Shown: positions 8,544-20,484 of the stretch, one piece after another
How the letters are laid out: every line of letters starts with the position of its first letter
Position numbering within the stretch: position 1 is the first letter of the stretch
Translations under genes and position numbers: made by a program
Notes under the pieces: model-generated
Told to the model about the DNA's origin: nothing
The model's database searches: none
Seen by the model: the letters and a program-made list of their open reading frames with translations, nothing else
Origin: Acidobacteriota bacterium
Lineage (GTDB): Bacteria > Acidobacteriota > CAIWXX01
Length of the DNA stretch: 64,000 bases
Assembly (NCBI GenBank): GCA_040755995.1
Contig: JBFMAF010000010.1
Coordinates: 96,001-160,000, forward strand
Reading direction: 5' to 3'

Positions 8544-9866
8544 ATGTTGACTAAAGAAGTGCGACAGCAGGTCATTGACGACGTAGTCGGAATCAACAAG
8601 GGTCCGCGGGCGCTGATGCTCTACATGGACATCTGCGCGCGGTGCGGAACTTGCGAGAAGGTCTGCCACGTGGCCCAGGCGAACCCGGCTCGCCGAACGA
8701 ATCCGGCGGTACGTTCCGATCATCTTCGCGCGATCTACAAGCGATACGGGACGTTGTCCGGGCGCCTGCTCGGACAGCTCGTCGGAGCCGATAATCATCG
8801 ATTCACGGACGACGTTCTGGATCAGTGGGAGCGGGATTTCTACGAATGTTCGGGGTGTCGCCGCTGCGCCCAATTCTGCCCCGTCGGGATCGACAATTCG
8901 ATAATCACTCGCAAGGGGCGCGCGATTCTGCACAAGCTCGGCAGGTCGCCGAAGTACATCGCCAAGACCCAGCAAATCTCGGACGAGACCGGCAACGACG
9001 AAGGGCAGTCGTACAAGGCCTTCATGGAGGCTGTGCGGTTCCTTCAGGAAGAGATGAAGGAGATGACCGGCCATGACATCCCGATCCCGGTAGACAAGAA
9101 AGGGGCGGAGATCCTGTTCGTCCCGGCCTCCGCGGATCTCGTCTCCTTTCCCGACACCCAGATCGGCAGCTCCATGTTCTTCTACGTCGCCGGGATGGAC
9201 TGGACCATGAGCAGCGAGGCCTTCGACGGTGCGAATTTCGGTCTCTTCTCCGGTGACGACGCCCACATGAAGAGAAAGAACAAGCTGATTCACGATGCGA
9301 TGGCGAAGCTGGGATGCAAGAAGTTGGTAATAGGTGAATGCGGCCATGCCTACAGGATCGCGAAGAGGATGGCGCCCGGTTTCTGGGGGAAACTGCCGTA
9401 CGAAGTCACGAACATCCTCGAGATGGCAGCCGATTTCGTCAACTCAGGGAAGGCGAATCTCGACAAATCGAAGGTCGACTTCAGCGTCACCTATCATGAC
9501 CCGTGCAACATGGCGCGCAGCCTTGGAGTGGTGGAGGAGCCCCGGGAGATTCTTCGCCACTGCGTGAAGGATTTCCGCGAAATGACGCCGAAGGGTACCG
9601 AGAACTGGTGCTGTGGCGGCGGAGGAGGCCTTGCGGTGATGGACGGCCGGGAGGGCGTCGATCTCCTCGACGGCACCTTCCTCGACTACCGCATGAAGGT
9701 CGGTGGGGAGATGAAATGGAAGCAGGTCGCTGCCACCAAGGCTCATTACCTCGCCGCGCCCTGCTCCAACTGCAAGCGCCAGCTCTCGCAGCTGATGGAG
9801 CATCACAAGTCCGACATCGAAGTCGGCGGCGTCATGGACCTTTTCGCCAAAGCCTTGGTCTGGTAG
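8544..9866 (+). CDS. dsrK: DsrK-like (HdrD-type CCG domain) Fe-S oxidoreductase
   Basis: CARCGTCEKVCH and CSGCRRCAQFCPVGID cluster motifs; ECGHAYR, YHDPCN, WCCGGGGG, APCSNCK; GGAGG RBS. Confidence 0.8.
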   Translation: MLTKEVRQQVIDDVVGINKGPRALMLYMDICARCGTCEKVCHVAQANPARRTNPAVRSDHLRAIYKRYGTLSGRLLGQLVGADNHRFTDDVLDQWERDFYECSGCRRCAQFCPVGIDNSIITRKGRAILHKLGRSPKYIAKTQQISDETGNDEGQSYKAFMEAVRFLQEEMKEMTGHDIPIPVDKKGAEILFVPASADLVSFPDTQIGSSMFFYVAGMDWTMSSEAFDGANFGLFSGDDAHMKRKNKLIHDAMAKLGCKKLVIGECGHAYRIAKRMAPGFWGKLPYEVTNILEMAADFVNSGKANLDKSKVDFSVTYHDPCNMARSLGVVEEPREILRHCVKDFREMTPKGTENWCCGGGGGLAVMDGREGVDLLDGTFLDYRMKVGGEMKWKQVAATKAHYLAAPCSNCKRQLSQLMEHHKSDIEVGGVMDLFAKALVW

Positions 9867-9897
9867 CAACGGTCTGGAGCGAGAAAGGAGGATCGAA

Positions 9898-10308
9898 ATG
9901 GGGAAGAGACTCGCGCTTGTGATCGACGATGAGCTCGATATCAGGAATCACATCTCCGCCGTCCTCGAAGATCATGGCTGGGATGTGCAGACGGCCGGCA
10001 CGTCGGAAGAGGCGGACCAGGTCATCCAGGATACACGGCCCGACCTCATCCTCCTCGACCTGGTGATGCCGGGGCGGGGCGGTCCGATGTTCTTCGCGCG
10101 CTTGCGGGGAGACGACCGGACGAAGTCCATTCCCGTCATCATGGTCACGGGCATCAGGGAGCAGCTCCACATAGATTGGAAGGAGTTCGTTGGGAAGCTG
10201 AAGGCGCGCGTCCCTGATGGATTCATCGAGAAGCCGATAGATGCGAGGGAGCTAGCGAACATGGTGGAACGAGTGACGGCGGGAGGCATCGGAGCTCAGT
10301 CCAGCTGA
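9898..10308 (+). CDS. Single-domain response regulator (receiver only)
   Basis: VIDDE, PDLILLDLVMP, MVTG, FIEKP; AGGAGG RBS. Confidence 0.92.
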   Translation: MGKRLALVIDDELDIRNHISAVLEDHGWDVQTAGTSEEADQVIQDTRPDLILLDLVMPGRGGPMFFARLRGDDRTKSIPVIMVTGIREQLHIDWKEFVGKLKARVPDGFIEKPIDARELANMVERVTAGGIGAQSS

Positions 10309-10349
10309 GCCCCGACCTTCCCTCCCGCACGTCGACCTCGAACGGTGTC

Positions 10350-11684
10350 ATGGGGTTCGCCGGCCGGCTCGGCCTGCGCCACAAGGTCCTGCTCGTCGTG
10401 CTCTGCATTCTGGCCGTCCACAGCGCACTCTCTCTCATTGCGCTGCACAGCATTCTTGGCGGACTCGTTGTTGAGAGCGGCTCCGGCTGGACGGAGGTCG
10501 TGGCCTCGGTCGAGGTCTTCTATCTCGTGGCTCTCGGCGGCCTCGCCGTGATCGCCGTGGCAGTGGCGCGAGAGGCGGCGGGATATCTGACGCGACCGCT
10601 TGTGGATCTCACGCGCATCGCCGATCAAATCAGCGTGGGCGACATGCATGTGACGTTTGACTTCGGGCGCCACGTCCGATGCTGGGAGATCAAGCGATGC
10701 AATGAAACTAGCTGTCGCGCGTACGGGAACACGGAGGTGCAGTGCTGGTTTGTCGATGGGACGCCCTGTCGAGGGGTCGAGCCGCGCTTTCCACAAAAGC
10801 TCGTTCAGTGCCGCCGGTGCGAGGTGTACCTGGCGCACCGGGGCGACGAGATCGTGCAACTCGCAGACTCCTTCCAGCATATGACTCATCGTCTGCGGGA
10901 GTCGCAGGCCGAATTGCTCAGGACGGAGAGGCTTGCCGCGACCGGCGAGGCGGTGGGGATGGTGAGCCACTCGGTCAAGAACATCCTGGACGGGCTTTCA
11001 GGCGGCATCTACGTCTACCGGCGCGGAAGGCGTCTCGATGACGAGAGATCGAAAGCCATGGGTTGGGACATGATTGAACGGAATCTCGGGACGATCTCCG
11101 AGCTCGTCATGAATCTGCTCGACTTCGTCAAAGAGAGAAAGCCATTCCTGGAGCCGTGCGATCCGGAGCGGATGATCAACGATGTCGTGCAGTTGCACCA
11201 GGAGAGGGCCGATGCATCCGGGGCCGTATTGGAGGCACGATCGACCGGGGAGCTCGCCGGGATCTTCCTCGACGCACATGCCGTGTTCCACTGCCTCGTG
11301 AATCTTGTGACGAATGCGCTCGACGCGCTCGTACCCGAGCGCCCCGGCCGGGTCGAGATCGAGGTCGGAAAAGAGGGTGACCAGGTCGTCTTCACGGTGT
11401 CGGACAACGGCAGGGGCATGAGTTCTGATGTGAAGGCGAAGCTCTTCAAAGGGATGTTCAGCACGAAGGGCTCGAAGGGCACGGGGCTCGGCCTTCTCTC
11501 CGTTCAGAAGGCGGTCCGCGAACAGGGTGGCCGTGTCGAAGTCCTGTCGGAAGGAGGGCGCGGAACGACGTTCCGCGTTCTTCTTCCTTTCATCACCAAC
11601 GCCGGCGCGGGACCAGTCGCGGCGTCCCCGCCCGCGCCGGCCTCAGAGAGTCCGGTAGCTGCCGTTCATGAAAGGTCCCCTTAG
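10350..11684 (+). CDS. Membrane sensor histidine kinase; HAMP domain interrupted by Cys-rich two-CW-type domain
   Basis: 2 TM helices; H-box VSHSVKNIL; N-box NLVTNALDA; DNGRGM; FSTKG; GTGLGL; 7-Cys insert at 10680-10829. Confidence 0.92.
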   Translation: MGFAGRLGLRHKVLLVVLCILAVHSALSLIALHSILGGLVVESGSGWTEVVASVEVFYLVALGGLAVIAVAVAREAAGYLTRPLVDLTRIADQISVGDMHVTFDFGRHVRCWEIKRCNETSCRAYGNTEVQCWFVDGTPCRGVEPRFPQKLVQCRRCEVYLAHRGDEIVQLADSFQHMTHRLRESQAELLRTERLAATGEAVGMVSHSVKNILDGLSGGIYVYRRGRRLDDERSKAMGWDMIERNLGTISELVMNLLDFVKERKPFLEPCDPERMINDVVQLHQERADASGAVLEARSTGELAGIFLDAHAVFHCLVNLVTNALDALVPERPGRVEIEVGKEGDQVVFTVSDNGRGMSSDVKAKLFKGMFSTKGSKGTGLGLLSVQKAVREQGGRVEVLSEGGRGTTFRVLLPFITNAGAGPVAASPPAPASESPVAAVHERSP

Positions 11685-11709
11685 GCGGGCCGCTGATAGG
11701 AGGTGCAGA

Positions 11710-12261
11710 ATGAGATTCTCGACGCGAGCGCGGTATGGCCTGCGGATGATGGTCGAGTTGGCTCGCGAGTCCAGAGGCGGCACACCGGTGACTCTGAACC
11801 GTGTCGCTCGAATCACGGGATTATCGGAAGGCTACCTCGGGCAGCTCGTTCTCCTGCTCAAGACAGCCAGCCTCGTCATCGGCATCTCGGGCAAGAACGG
11901 CGGATACGTTCCGGCCCGCCCGCCGGGGGAGATCAAGCTGATCGAGGTCATCAGGGCGCTGCAGGGGCCGATCAACCTTGCCGAGTGTGCGGACCATCCC
12001 GAGATCTGCCTGAACAGCTGCTTCTGCGAGACGCGCGTGATCTGGGTGCTGCTCAACCATCGCATCCTCGAGGTGCTCGAACAATACACGCTGAAGGATC
12101 TCACGGACCGGGCTCGCATGGCCGAGATCCGAAAGAAAAACGCGAACGTGCCGATGCTCGACGCGGATCTGGCTCTGGCTGACGCGGAGTTCGGCCAGGA
12201 TCAAGGATGCCCGATCGCCACGCGACACGGGGCGTCCTCGGCACGAGAGGGATCGGCATGA
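11710..12261 (+). CDS. Rrf2-family transcriptional regulator with Cys cluster
   Basis: MRFSTRARYGLRMMVELA, YLGQLV, GKNGGY, ECADHPEICLNSCFC; GGAGG RBS before ATG 11710. Confidence 0.92.
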   Translation: MRFSTRARYGLRMMVELARESRGGTPVTLNRVARITGLSEGYLGQLVLLLKTASLVIGISGKNGGYVPARPPGEIKLIEVIRALQGPINLAECADHPEICLNSCFCETRVIWVLLNHRILEVLEQYTLKDLTDRARMAEIRKKNANVPMLDADLALADAEFGQDQGCPIATRHGASSAREGSA

Positions 12262-12303
12262 GCTCCAGCTCCAAGACCCCAGGTCGCTTCGGAGGACGAA
12301 CCG

Positions 12304-12678
12304 ATGGCCAAGAGAATTCTGGTTGTTGATGATGAACCCGACGTGGTCGCGCACCTCTGCGCGGTTCTTCGCGACGGCGGGTACGAGACGCTCGAGGCGT
12401 TCAATGGTGAAGGGGCGATGGAGAAGGTCCTGTCCGAAAGACCCGACCTCATCACGCTCGATATCAGCATGCCTCGGATGACGGGGGTCAGGGCATATCG
12501 AACGCTCAAAGAAGATCGTGTACTCTGCGGCATACCGGTCATAATAGTCACTGGTGTCTCATCGGAGTTCAGGCGATTCATTTCGACGCGGACGCAGGTG
12601 CCGCCGCCCGATGGTTACATTCAGAAGCCCATCGAGGTGGAAAGACTGCTTGGGGAGGTGAAACGGCTCATCGGGTAG
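12304..12678 (+). CDS. Single-domain response regulator (receiver only)
   Basis: ILVVDDEPD, PDLITLDISMP, IVTG, YIQKP. Confidence 0.92.
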   Translation: MAKRILVVDDEPDVVAHLCAVLRDGGYETLEAFNGEGAMEKVLSERPDLITLDISMPRMTGVRAYRTLKEDRVLCGIPVIIVTGVSSEFRRFISTRTQVPPPDGYIQKPIEVERLLGEVKRLIG

Positions 12679-12724
12679 GCGCCGGCGGCCGATCTCTTCG
12701 CCGCAGCGGGCCCGGCTGGGACGG

Positions 12725-15700
12725 TCACGCGGCCGACAGGGCTTCGAGGAACTCCAATATCCTCGCCGCCACCTCTTCGCTGCCGCGGAGGACAAGAGAG
12801 ACCTGCCCGCCCGGCTGAAGGCGGCCGCCCTGCACTCGGGCAACGTCCAGAATGCGATCCGGAGATACCGACGGCGTTTCGGGGAATCGAAAGACTATGT
12901 CGCGGCCGCGGAGGTCGATCGACCTCACGCCGGCCCTCTTCGCCTCGGCCTTGATCCGGCCGTAAGCGAACAGCCGATCAGCTCCTTCGGGCATCTTGCC
13001 GTAGCGATCCTGCATCTCAGCCCTGATCGCGGCGAGATCCTCTTCACACGACGCCGATGAGACGCGCTTGTACATCTGCAGCCGCTGGTTCGTGTCGGGG
13101 ATGTAGCTCTCGTCGATGCGGATATCCCAGCCTAGGTTGATGGTCACAGGGGCCGGTTCTTCGACAGGCCGACCCGACCGGAACTCCTCGACCGTCCTCT
13201 CGAGCAGGCGGCAGTACATATCGTACCCGACGGCCTCCATGTGGCCGTGCTGGCGGTGGCCTAGCAACGACCCGGCGCCGCGGAGCTCCAGGTCCATCGC
13301 CGCGATCCTGAAGCCGGCGCCAAGATCGGTGAACTCCTTGAGTGCCGCAAGGCGCTTGCGCGCCACGGCGGAGAGCACATTCTGTTCCGGGACGAGCAGG
13401 TAGGCGTAGGCCCGGCGCGAGCTTCTTCCGACGCGACCTCGGAGCTGGTAGAGCTGCGCCAGGCCGAATTTGTCCGCCCGGTTCACGATCAATGTGTTGA
13501 CGCGCGGGATGTCGAGGCCGTTCTCGATTATCGACGTTGAGAGCAGCACGTCGGTTCTGCCGTCGACGAACTCTTGCATGCGCGCTTCGAGGTCCTTCTC
13601 GGCCATCTGCCCGTGGGCGATCGAGATGCGCGCCTCGGGGCAGAGTCGCATAAGAAAATTGGCGAGCGAGGGCAGCGACTCGATGCGGTTGTGCACGAAG
13701 AAGACCTGCCCGCCGCGGCCGAGCTCGAAACGGATCGCCGCCTGGATCACGTCGGGCTTGAAGACGAGCACTTGCGTGTGGATCGCAAGGCGGTCCCGGG
13801 GCGGCGTCTCGATCACCGACATGTCGCGGATCCCCGCCAGGCTCATCTGCAAGGTGCGGGGAATAGGCGTGGCCGAGAGCGCCATGACATCCACGTTCTT
13901 CTTCATCTGCTTGACGCGCTCTTTGTGGGCCACGCCGAACCTCTGCTCCTCGTCTACCACGAGCAATCCCAGGTCGCGGAAGGAGACGTCCTTCGACAGC
14001 AGGCGATGCGTGCCGATCACGATGTCGACCGTCCCGGCGGCCAGGTCGGTGACGACTTTGGCCTGTTCGGCCTTGGTCCTGAATCGGCTCAAGAGCTCCG
14101 TCCGGATCGGGAACGCTTCGAAGCGGCGCCTGAAAGTGCGCCAGTGCTGATAGGCCAGGACGGTCGTGGGCGCGAGCACCGCCACTTGCTTTCCCTCCTG
14201 CACCACTTTCATAGCCCCGCGCATCGCCACCTCGGTCTTCCCGTAGCCCACGTCTCCGCAGATCAGCCGGTCCATCGGCTGCTCGCGCTCGAGATCTGCC
14301 TTGGTGTCGACGATCGCGTGCTGTTGGTCCTCGGTGGGCTCGTACTCGAACATCTCTTCGAACTCGCGCTGCCACGTCGTGTCCGGCCCGTAGGCGTGGC
14401 CCGAGACCAGCCTGCGCTCGGCGTAGAGGTTCAGCAGCTCCACGGCCATCTCCTCGACGGCCTTCTTGACACGCTTCTTCGTCTTCTCCCAGCCTGTCCC
14501 GCCGAGCTTGTCGACACTCGGCGCGGCGCCGCCCGGCGCGCGGTACTTCTCGACGAGCTCCATCCTGTCCATCGGCACGTAGAGCTTGTCCCCGCCGTCG
14601 TACTCGAGGTGCATGAACTCGCGCTCCTGTCCCTCGATCTCCATCTTTGTCAGTCCCTTGAACAGGCCGATCCCGCACTCGACGTGCGTCACATAGTCGC
14701 CTGGACGCAGATCGCGCAGGTCGGCCTGGAAGGCGGCCGCGCTCTTCCTGCGGGGGCGGGCCGGCGCTTCCGGCAGCGGGCCGAAGACGTCCGTCTCGCT
14801 GTAGAGATCCAGGTACCCTGAGGGCCACTCGAATCCTTTCTGCAGAAAGCCGGTGGCCAGGCTGAGGCGGCCTGCGTGGAGGCGGTCGCCGGCGAATTCG
14901 GCGCGCACGTTCCGGTCGTTCAGCAGCTCCCTGACGCGCTCGACCAGCCCGCGCGACTGCAGGACTACCAATATGCGCCGGCCCTGGTCGATCTTCGCCT
15001 GAACGTCCTTCACCCATTCTTCTATCAGCCCCTGGAAGCTTCGCTGCGGCAGGAGCCCGGTGCCGAGGGCGTCGGTAGAGAACTCCTGCAGGGTGAGCGG
15101 CGCCTCCTTGAGCGTCGCATCGAGCCTTTCAATCCCGGCGAGCAGCATGGGGAGAAGAAGCGCCGCGGCGTCGTCGCCAGTGCCCAGATCCACGGTCAGC
15201 TCCGCCTGCCGGTGAAGCCCCGCCTTCCACTGCTCCAGCTCCTGCGCGATCTGTGCCGGCTCCTCGATAACGATCCGGAATCCCTCCAGGTAGTCGGTCA
15301 CGTTATGGCCCATGGCCCGCCGTTGCTCGTGGAGCGGGATCAGGGACACTTCCGGAATGGTCTCCCTCGATAGTTGCGTGAAGCCATCGAACGTGCGAAG
15401 TGAGACGACGCGATCCAGCTCGAACTCGATGCGCACCGGCATCTCGTGGTACGGCGAGAACACGTCCACTACCGCGCCTCGGAAGCTGTATTCGCCGGGG
15501 CCTGTCGTGAGATCCTCACGCCGGTAGCCGTTTCGAACCAGAGTCTCCTGCAGGTCGTCTCGCGAGATCTCGTCCCCAACCTTGATTCGCTTGATGCGGT
15601 CGATGAGCCCAAGTGCATCCTCGACGGGTGTGATGAAGCTTTTCCAGTCCATCAACGCGACGCGCGCCGTGCCATCCAGGCATCGCATCAGCCCCTTGAC

Positions 15701-15982
15701 GCGTTCCAGCTCCGCCTCGGGGTGCGGAGGAATCTGGAGCACCGGCGCTTCGAAAAGCGGCGGCAAGTAGACTACACCTGCGCCTTCGGTGAAGTACTCG
15801 ATCTCTCGTCTGCGCTCCGGCGTGGCCGTCTGCCGCGTGCCCACGACCAGGAGCGGAGTCCGGCGGGACAAACGCGCCAGCAGCAGGGAGCGGGCCCCCT
15901 CGGGAACGGCCACTGCCCCGCTCTCGGGGCAAGGCAACTCGTCGAGGATCTCGAACAGCGCTTTCAGCGCACCTTCGGCCAT
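12725..15982 (-). CDS. mfd: Transcription-repair coupling factor
   Basis: UvrB-like N-terminus, CarD/RID domain (GDYVTHVECGIG), GDVGYGKTEVA, DEEQRFGV, SATPIPRTL, QLRGRVGRS, TRG motif; probable ATG 15982. Confidence 0.97.
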   Translation of the reverse strand: MAEGALKALFEILDELPCPESGAVAVPEGARSLLLARLSRRTPLLVVGTRQTATPERRREIEYFTEGAGVVYLPPLFEAPVLQIPPHPEAELERVKGLMRCLDGTARVALMDWKSFITPVEDALGLIDRIKRIKVGDEISRDDLQETLVRNGYRREDLTTGPGEYSFRGAVVDVFSPYHEMPVRIEFELDRVVSLRTFDGFTQLSRETIPEVSLIPLHEQRRAMGHNVTDYLEGFRIVIEEPAQIAQELEQWKAGLHRQAELTVDLGTGDDAAALLLPMLLAGIERLDATLKEAPLTLQEFSTDALGTGLLPQRSFQGLIEEWVKDVQAKIDQGRRILVVLQSRGLVERVRELLNDRNVRAEFAGDRLHAGRLSLATGFLQKGFEWPSGYLDLYSETDVFGPLPEAPARPRRKSAAAFQADLRDLRPGDYVTHVECGIGLFKGLTKMEIEGQEREFMHLEYDGGDKLYVPMDRMELVEKYRAPGGAAPSVDKLGGTGWEKTKKRVKKAVEEMAVELLNLYAERRLVSGHAYGPDTTWQREFEEMFEYEPTEDQQHAIVDTKADLEREQPMDRLICGDVGYGKTEVAMRGAMKVVQEGKQVAVLAPTTVLAYQHWRTFRRRFEAFPIRTELLSRFRTKAEQAKVVTDLAAGTVDIVIGTHRLLSKDVSFRDLGLLVVDEEQRFGVAHKERVKQMKKNVDVMALSATPIPRTLQMSLAGIRDMSVIETPPRDRLAIHTQVLVFKPDVIQAAIRFELGRGGQVFFVHNRIESLPSLANFLMRLCPEARISIAHGQMAEKDLEARMQEFVDGRTDVLLSTSIIENGLDIPRVNTLIVNRADKFGLAQLYQLRGRVGRSSRRAYAYLLVPEQNVLSAVARKRLAALKEFTDLGAGFRIAAMDLELRGAGSLLGHRQHGHMEAVGYDMYCRLLERTVEEFRSGRPVEEPAPVTINLGWDIRIDESYIPDTNQRLQMYKRVSSASCEEDLAAIRAEMQDRYGKMPEGADRLFAYGRIKAEAKRAGVRSIDLRGRDIVFRFPETPSVSPDRILDVARVQGGRLQPGGQVSLVLRGSEEVAARILEFLEALSAA

Positions 15983-16169
15983 GGCGACGGTTATACTATC
16001 GCCTCCGCCCGCAGTTCGCACCCCCGCGATGGTGCTGCCGTGCCTTACCCGGCTGGGTGGCCAACCCTCATGTAGCTATTACACGCGCTCAAGTAACCCG
16101 AGGCGATCGCAACATCTCCGTGGCTCTAAATCAGGAGACGCTTCGGGTACCGCCGCTCTGCCTTGCCCA

Positions 16170-17069
16170 TCACCTTCCAAAGCGAAATGCGGTGAATTGT
16201 GCGTTCATGCGGCTCCCTTGTCCATTGGTGAACTGAGTCATGCACGAGTCATCGGTGTAGTCCATGAAGTTGTGGATCGGGTCCCGGCCGCGGCTCGGGC
16301 AGGTATTGCGCCGTTTGGGGCAGCCGAATGCAGGGGATTTCTCAGCCGGCGTGTCCGAGACGTAGTCGCCTTTGCCTCGGCACCCACCTTGGAACGTGTG
16401 ATATAGACCCATCCAGTGGCCCACCTCGTGTGTGCCGGTGTCGCCGAGATTGTACGGCGCAGCAGTGCCGCCGGGCAGAGAGGAGTACAAGAGAACGACT
16501 CCATCCATCGTCGGGTTCCCGCCGTAGCTCGACGGAAACGTGGCCCACCCGAGAAGATCCTGTTTGAGAGACGCCGTGTAGATGTTCAGGTCGTCGGCAG
16601 AGCCCTGCCGGAGCGCGGCCTTCGCGCTCGCCTCCTCAGGAGTCCCCATCCCCATGTTGAACCACGTGGGGTTCGTTTGACGGTCGATCGTGACCAGGTT
16701 GAAGATCCATCCGTATGGCCCGTACGCGGCGTTCAAGACCGCGATCTGAGCCAGAACCTGGCTATCCGGGACATCGCCGTTCGGGATGCCGGGGCCCTTG
16801 CTGATCACGTGGAAATAGACGTCGACGACTCCTCCCAGCTGCGCGTCTGCGATATCCAGACCCATCTCCCTCAGCACCTCGGCCGCCAGTGCTTCGTCAC
16901 GCGTGATTCTCGCCGGGTCAATGTACGTTCCGCAGCGGCGCCACCCGGTCCCGGCGAGCTCGCCGGTGGTTTCGTCAGCCTCGGCGTATCCCAAAGTGCC
17001 CGGCACGGCCGCCAGAGCACATGCAACCCCAATCGTCAGCGTAGCCATCCGAATACTTCGTCCGGTCAT
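16170..17069 (-). CDS. Secreted M43 (pappalysin/ulilysin-type) zinc metalloprotease
   Basis: Signal peptide, RCGT cysteine-switch, HEVGHWMGLYHTF, NFMDYTDD. Confidence 0.92.
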   Translation of the reverse strand: MTGRSIRMATLTIGVACALAAVPGTLGYAEADETTGELAGTGWRRCGTYIDPARITRDEALAAEVLREMGLDIADAQLGGVVDVYFHVISKGPGIPNGDVPDSQVLAQIAVLNAAYGPYGWIFNLVTIDRQTNPTWFNMGMGTPEEASAKAALRQGSADDLNIYTASLKQDLLGWATFPSSYGGNPTMDGVVLLYSSLPGGTAAPYNLGDTGTHEVGHWMGLYHTFQGGCRGKGDYVSDTPAEKSPAFGCPKRRNTCPSRGRDPIHNFMDYTDDSCMTQFTNGQGSRMNAQFTAFRFGR

Positions 17070-17238
17070 CTATCCCTCCACTCTCTATCCGACCACATGG
17101 TGCAAACATCACTCACGATAGCCCCTGCGACTATGATACTCGCTATCGATTCCGTAGTGAAGAGGATCGGCTCGCTTTTCTTGGGCCGGCTGGGTTTCAG
17201 AATCGGTGGGGGGCTCAGGGCGCGGAGGCGGTGAAGCC

Positions 17239-17580
17239 TCACAGATCGAGGACAAGTCTCAAACCGTCCTCAACGCTTTGGAGCAGACGGACAGGCAGCT
17301 TTCCGACACATTCTGTGAGAAACCGTTGGTCGACCGTGAGCACTTGGGACACGTTCGCCACAGAGTCACTTGGTAGATCTGTTTGTGCGCTCGGCAGGAG
17401 GACATTACCAGGGGCGTCTGCGTGCTTGAGGTTCGTAGTGATGGCAACCACGACCACGGTTCCAATCTTGCTGCGGTTGAAGGACTCGGCTTGCACGACG
17501 AGGACCGGTCTACGATGACCGGGGCCAGAGCCCGCAGGTTCCGGCAGAGATGCCCACCAGATCTCCCCGCGGTGGATCAC
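17239..17580 (-). CDS. mazF: MazF/PemK family endoribonuclease toxin
   Basis: RGEIWWASL, RRPVLVVQ, VVVAITTN, SVANVSQVLTVD; GTG start overlaps antitoxin stop. Confidence 0.93.
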   Translation of the reverse strand: MIHRGEIWWASLPEPAGSGPGHRRPVLVVQAESFNRSKIGTVVVVAITTNLKHADAPGNVLLPSAQTDLPSDSVANVSQVLTVDQRFLTECVGKLPVRLLQSVEDGLRLVLDL

Positions 17581-17816
17581 CGATTGCCCGCCCGTGCGAT
17601 GGTCAGATTCTGAAGCTCAGCTAGGACGGGATCGACGCTCGATGGCTCGATCCCGTACACGCGGTCCAGGGCCTCCGTGATACGCTCGCTGCTGCGCGCC
17701 CTCACGAATTCATTGAGCGCGTCTGCATAGAGCTTGCTGCGCGAAATGTGCATCCGCCTCGCCAGACCTTCCGCGGCCTTGAAAAGCGGAGTCGGTATGG
17801 AAACTGCTGTCTTCAC
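17577..17816 (-). CDS. Ribbon-helix-helix antitoxin (MazE6/ChpI-like)
   Basis: (M)KTAVSIPTPLFKAAE...SRSKLY...ITEALDRVY; directly upstream of and overlapping mazF. Confidence 0.85.
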   Translation of the reverse strand: MKTAVSIPTPLFKAAEGLARRMHISRSKLYADALNEFVRARSSERITEALDRVYGIEPSSVDPVLAELQNLTIARAGNR

Positions 17817-17822
17817 GGCCAG

Positions 17823-17852
17823 AGTATAACCCGAGTTATACCAGAATGTCAA
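17823..17852 (-). promoter_or_regulatory. TA promoter with palindromic operator
   Basis: TTGACA-N18-TATACT on minus strand; GTATAAC-N4-GTTATAC palindrome at 17824-17841. Confidence 0.8.
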
Positions 17853-17909
17853 GCCGCACACTCCGGCCGTCCGACCGCGGCAGCCGCGCGAACCTGCTCG
17901 CCCGGGCGG

Positions 17910-20204
<2,295 letters not shown>

Positions 20205-20368
20205 GATTGCTTTCCCCCTTTATGATTTGAATCAAGGACTCTCGGGCCTGGCGAATCCGGCTCGCCGATGCCGCCACGTGAATCCACCTGTGATCCGGTA
20301 CCGATGCCGCCCCGCGTACATCTCGCGGCGTCGGCGGGTCGGGTGGAATTCCTCGCTGTCACCAGGCG

Positions 20369-20397
20369 ATGATAGTCCTCTCGGGCGGTCCTGTAAA
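20369..20397 (-). promoter_or_regulatory. Probable maeB promoter
   Basis: TTTACA-N17-TATCAT on minus strand. Confidence 0.5.
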
Positions 20398-20484
20398 GCA
20401 GATCAAGCGGTGCCGCGACGCTATGGCGTCGCAGCACCGCTGGAAAGACCGTCGCCGGGGGCGGCCTGGCAGGCTAAGCCGTAC

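Noticed and set aside
9711..9737. ATGAAATG-N11-CTGCCACC as another ECF promoter
   Set aside because: Inside dsrK and explained by Met-Lys-Trp codons; downstream box only 5/8 and lacks the terminal T
13044..15017. Long alternative-frame and antisense ORFs (also 18468-20225, 34415-35833, 61627-62952, 6065-7321)
   Set aside because: Shadow ORFs of well-supported genes, expected at high GC; Arg/Pro/Gly-rich with no motifs
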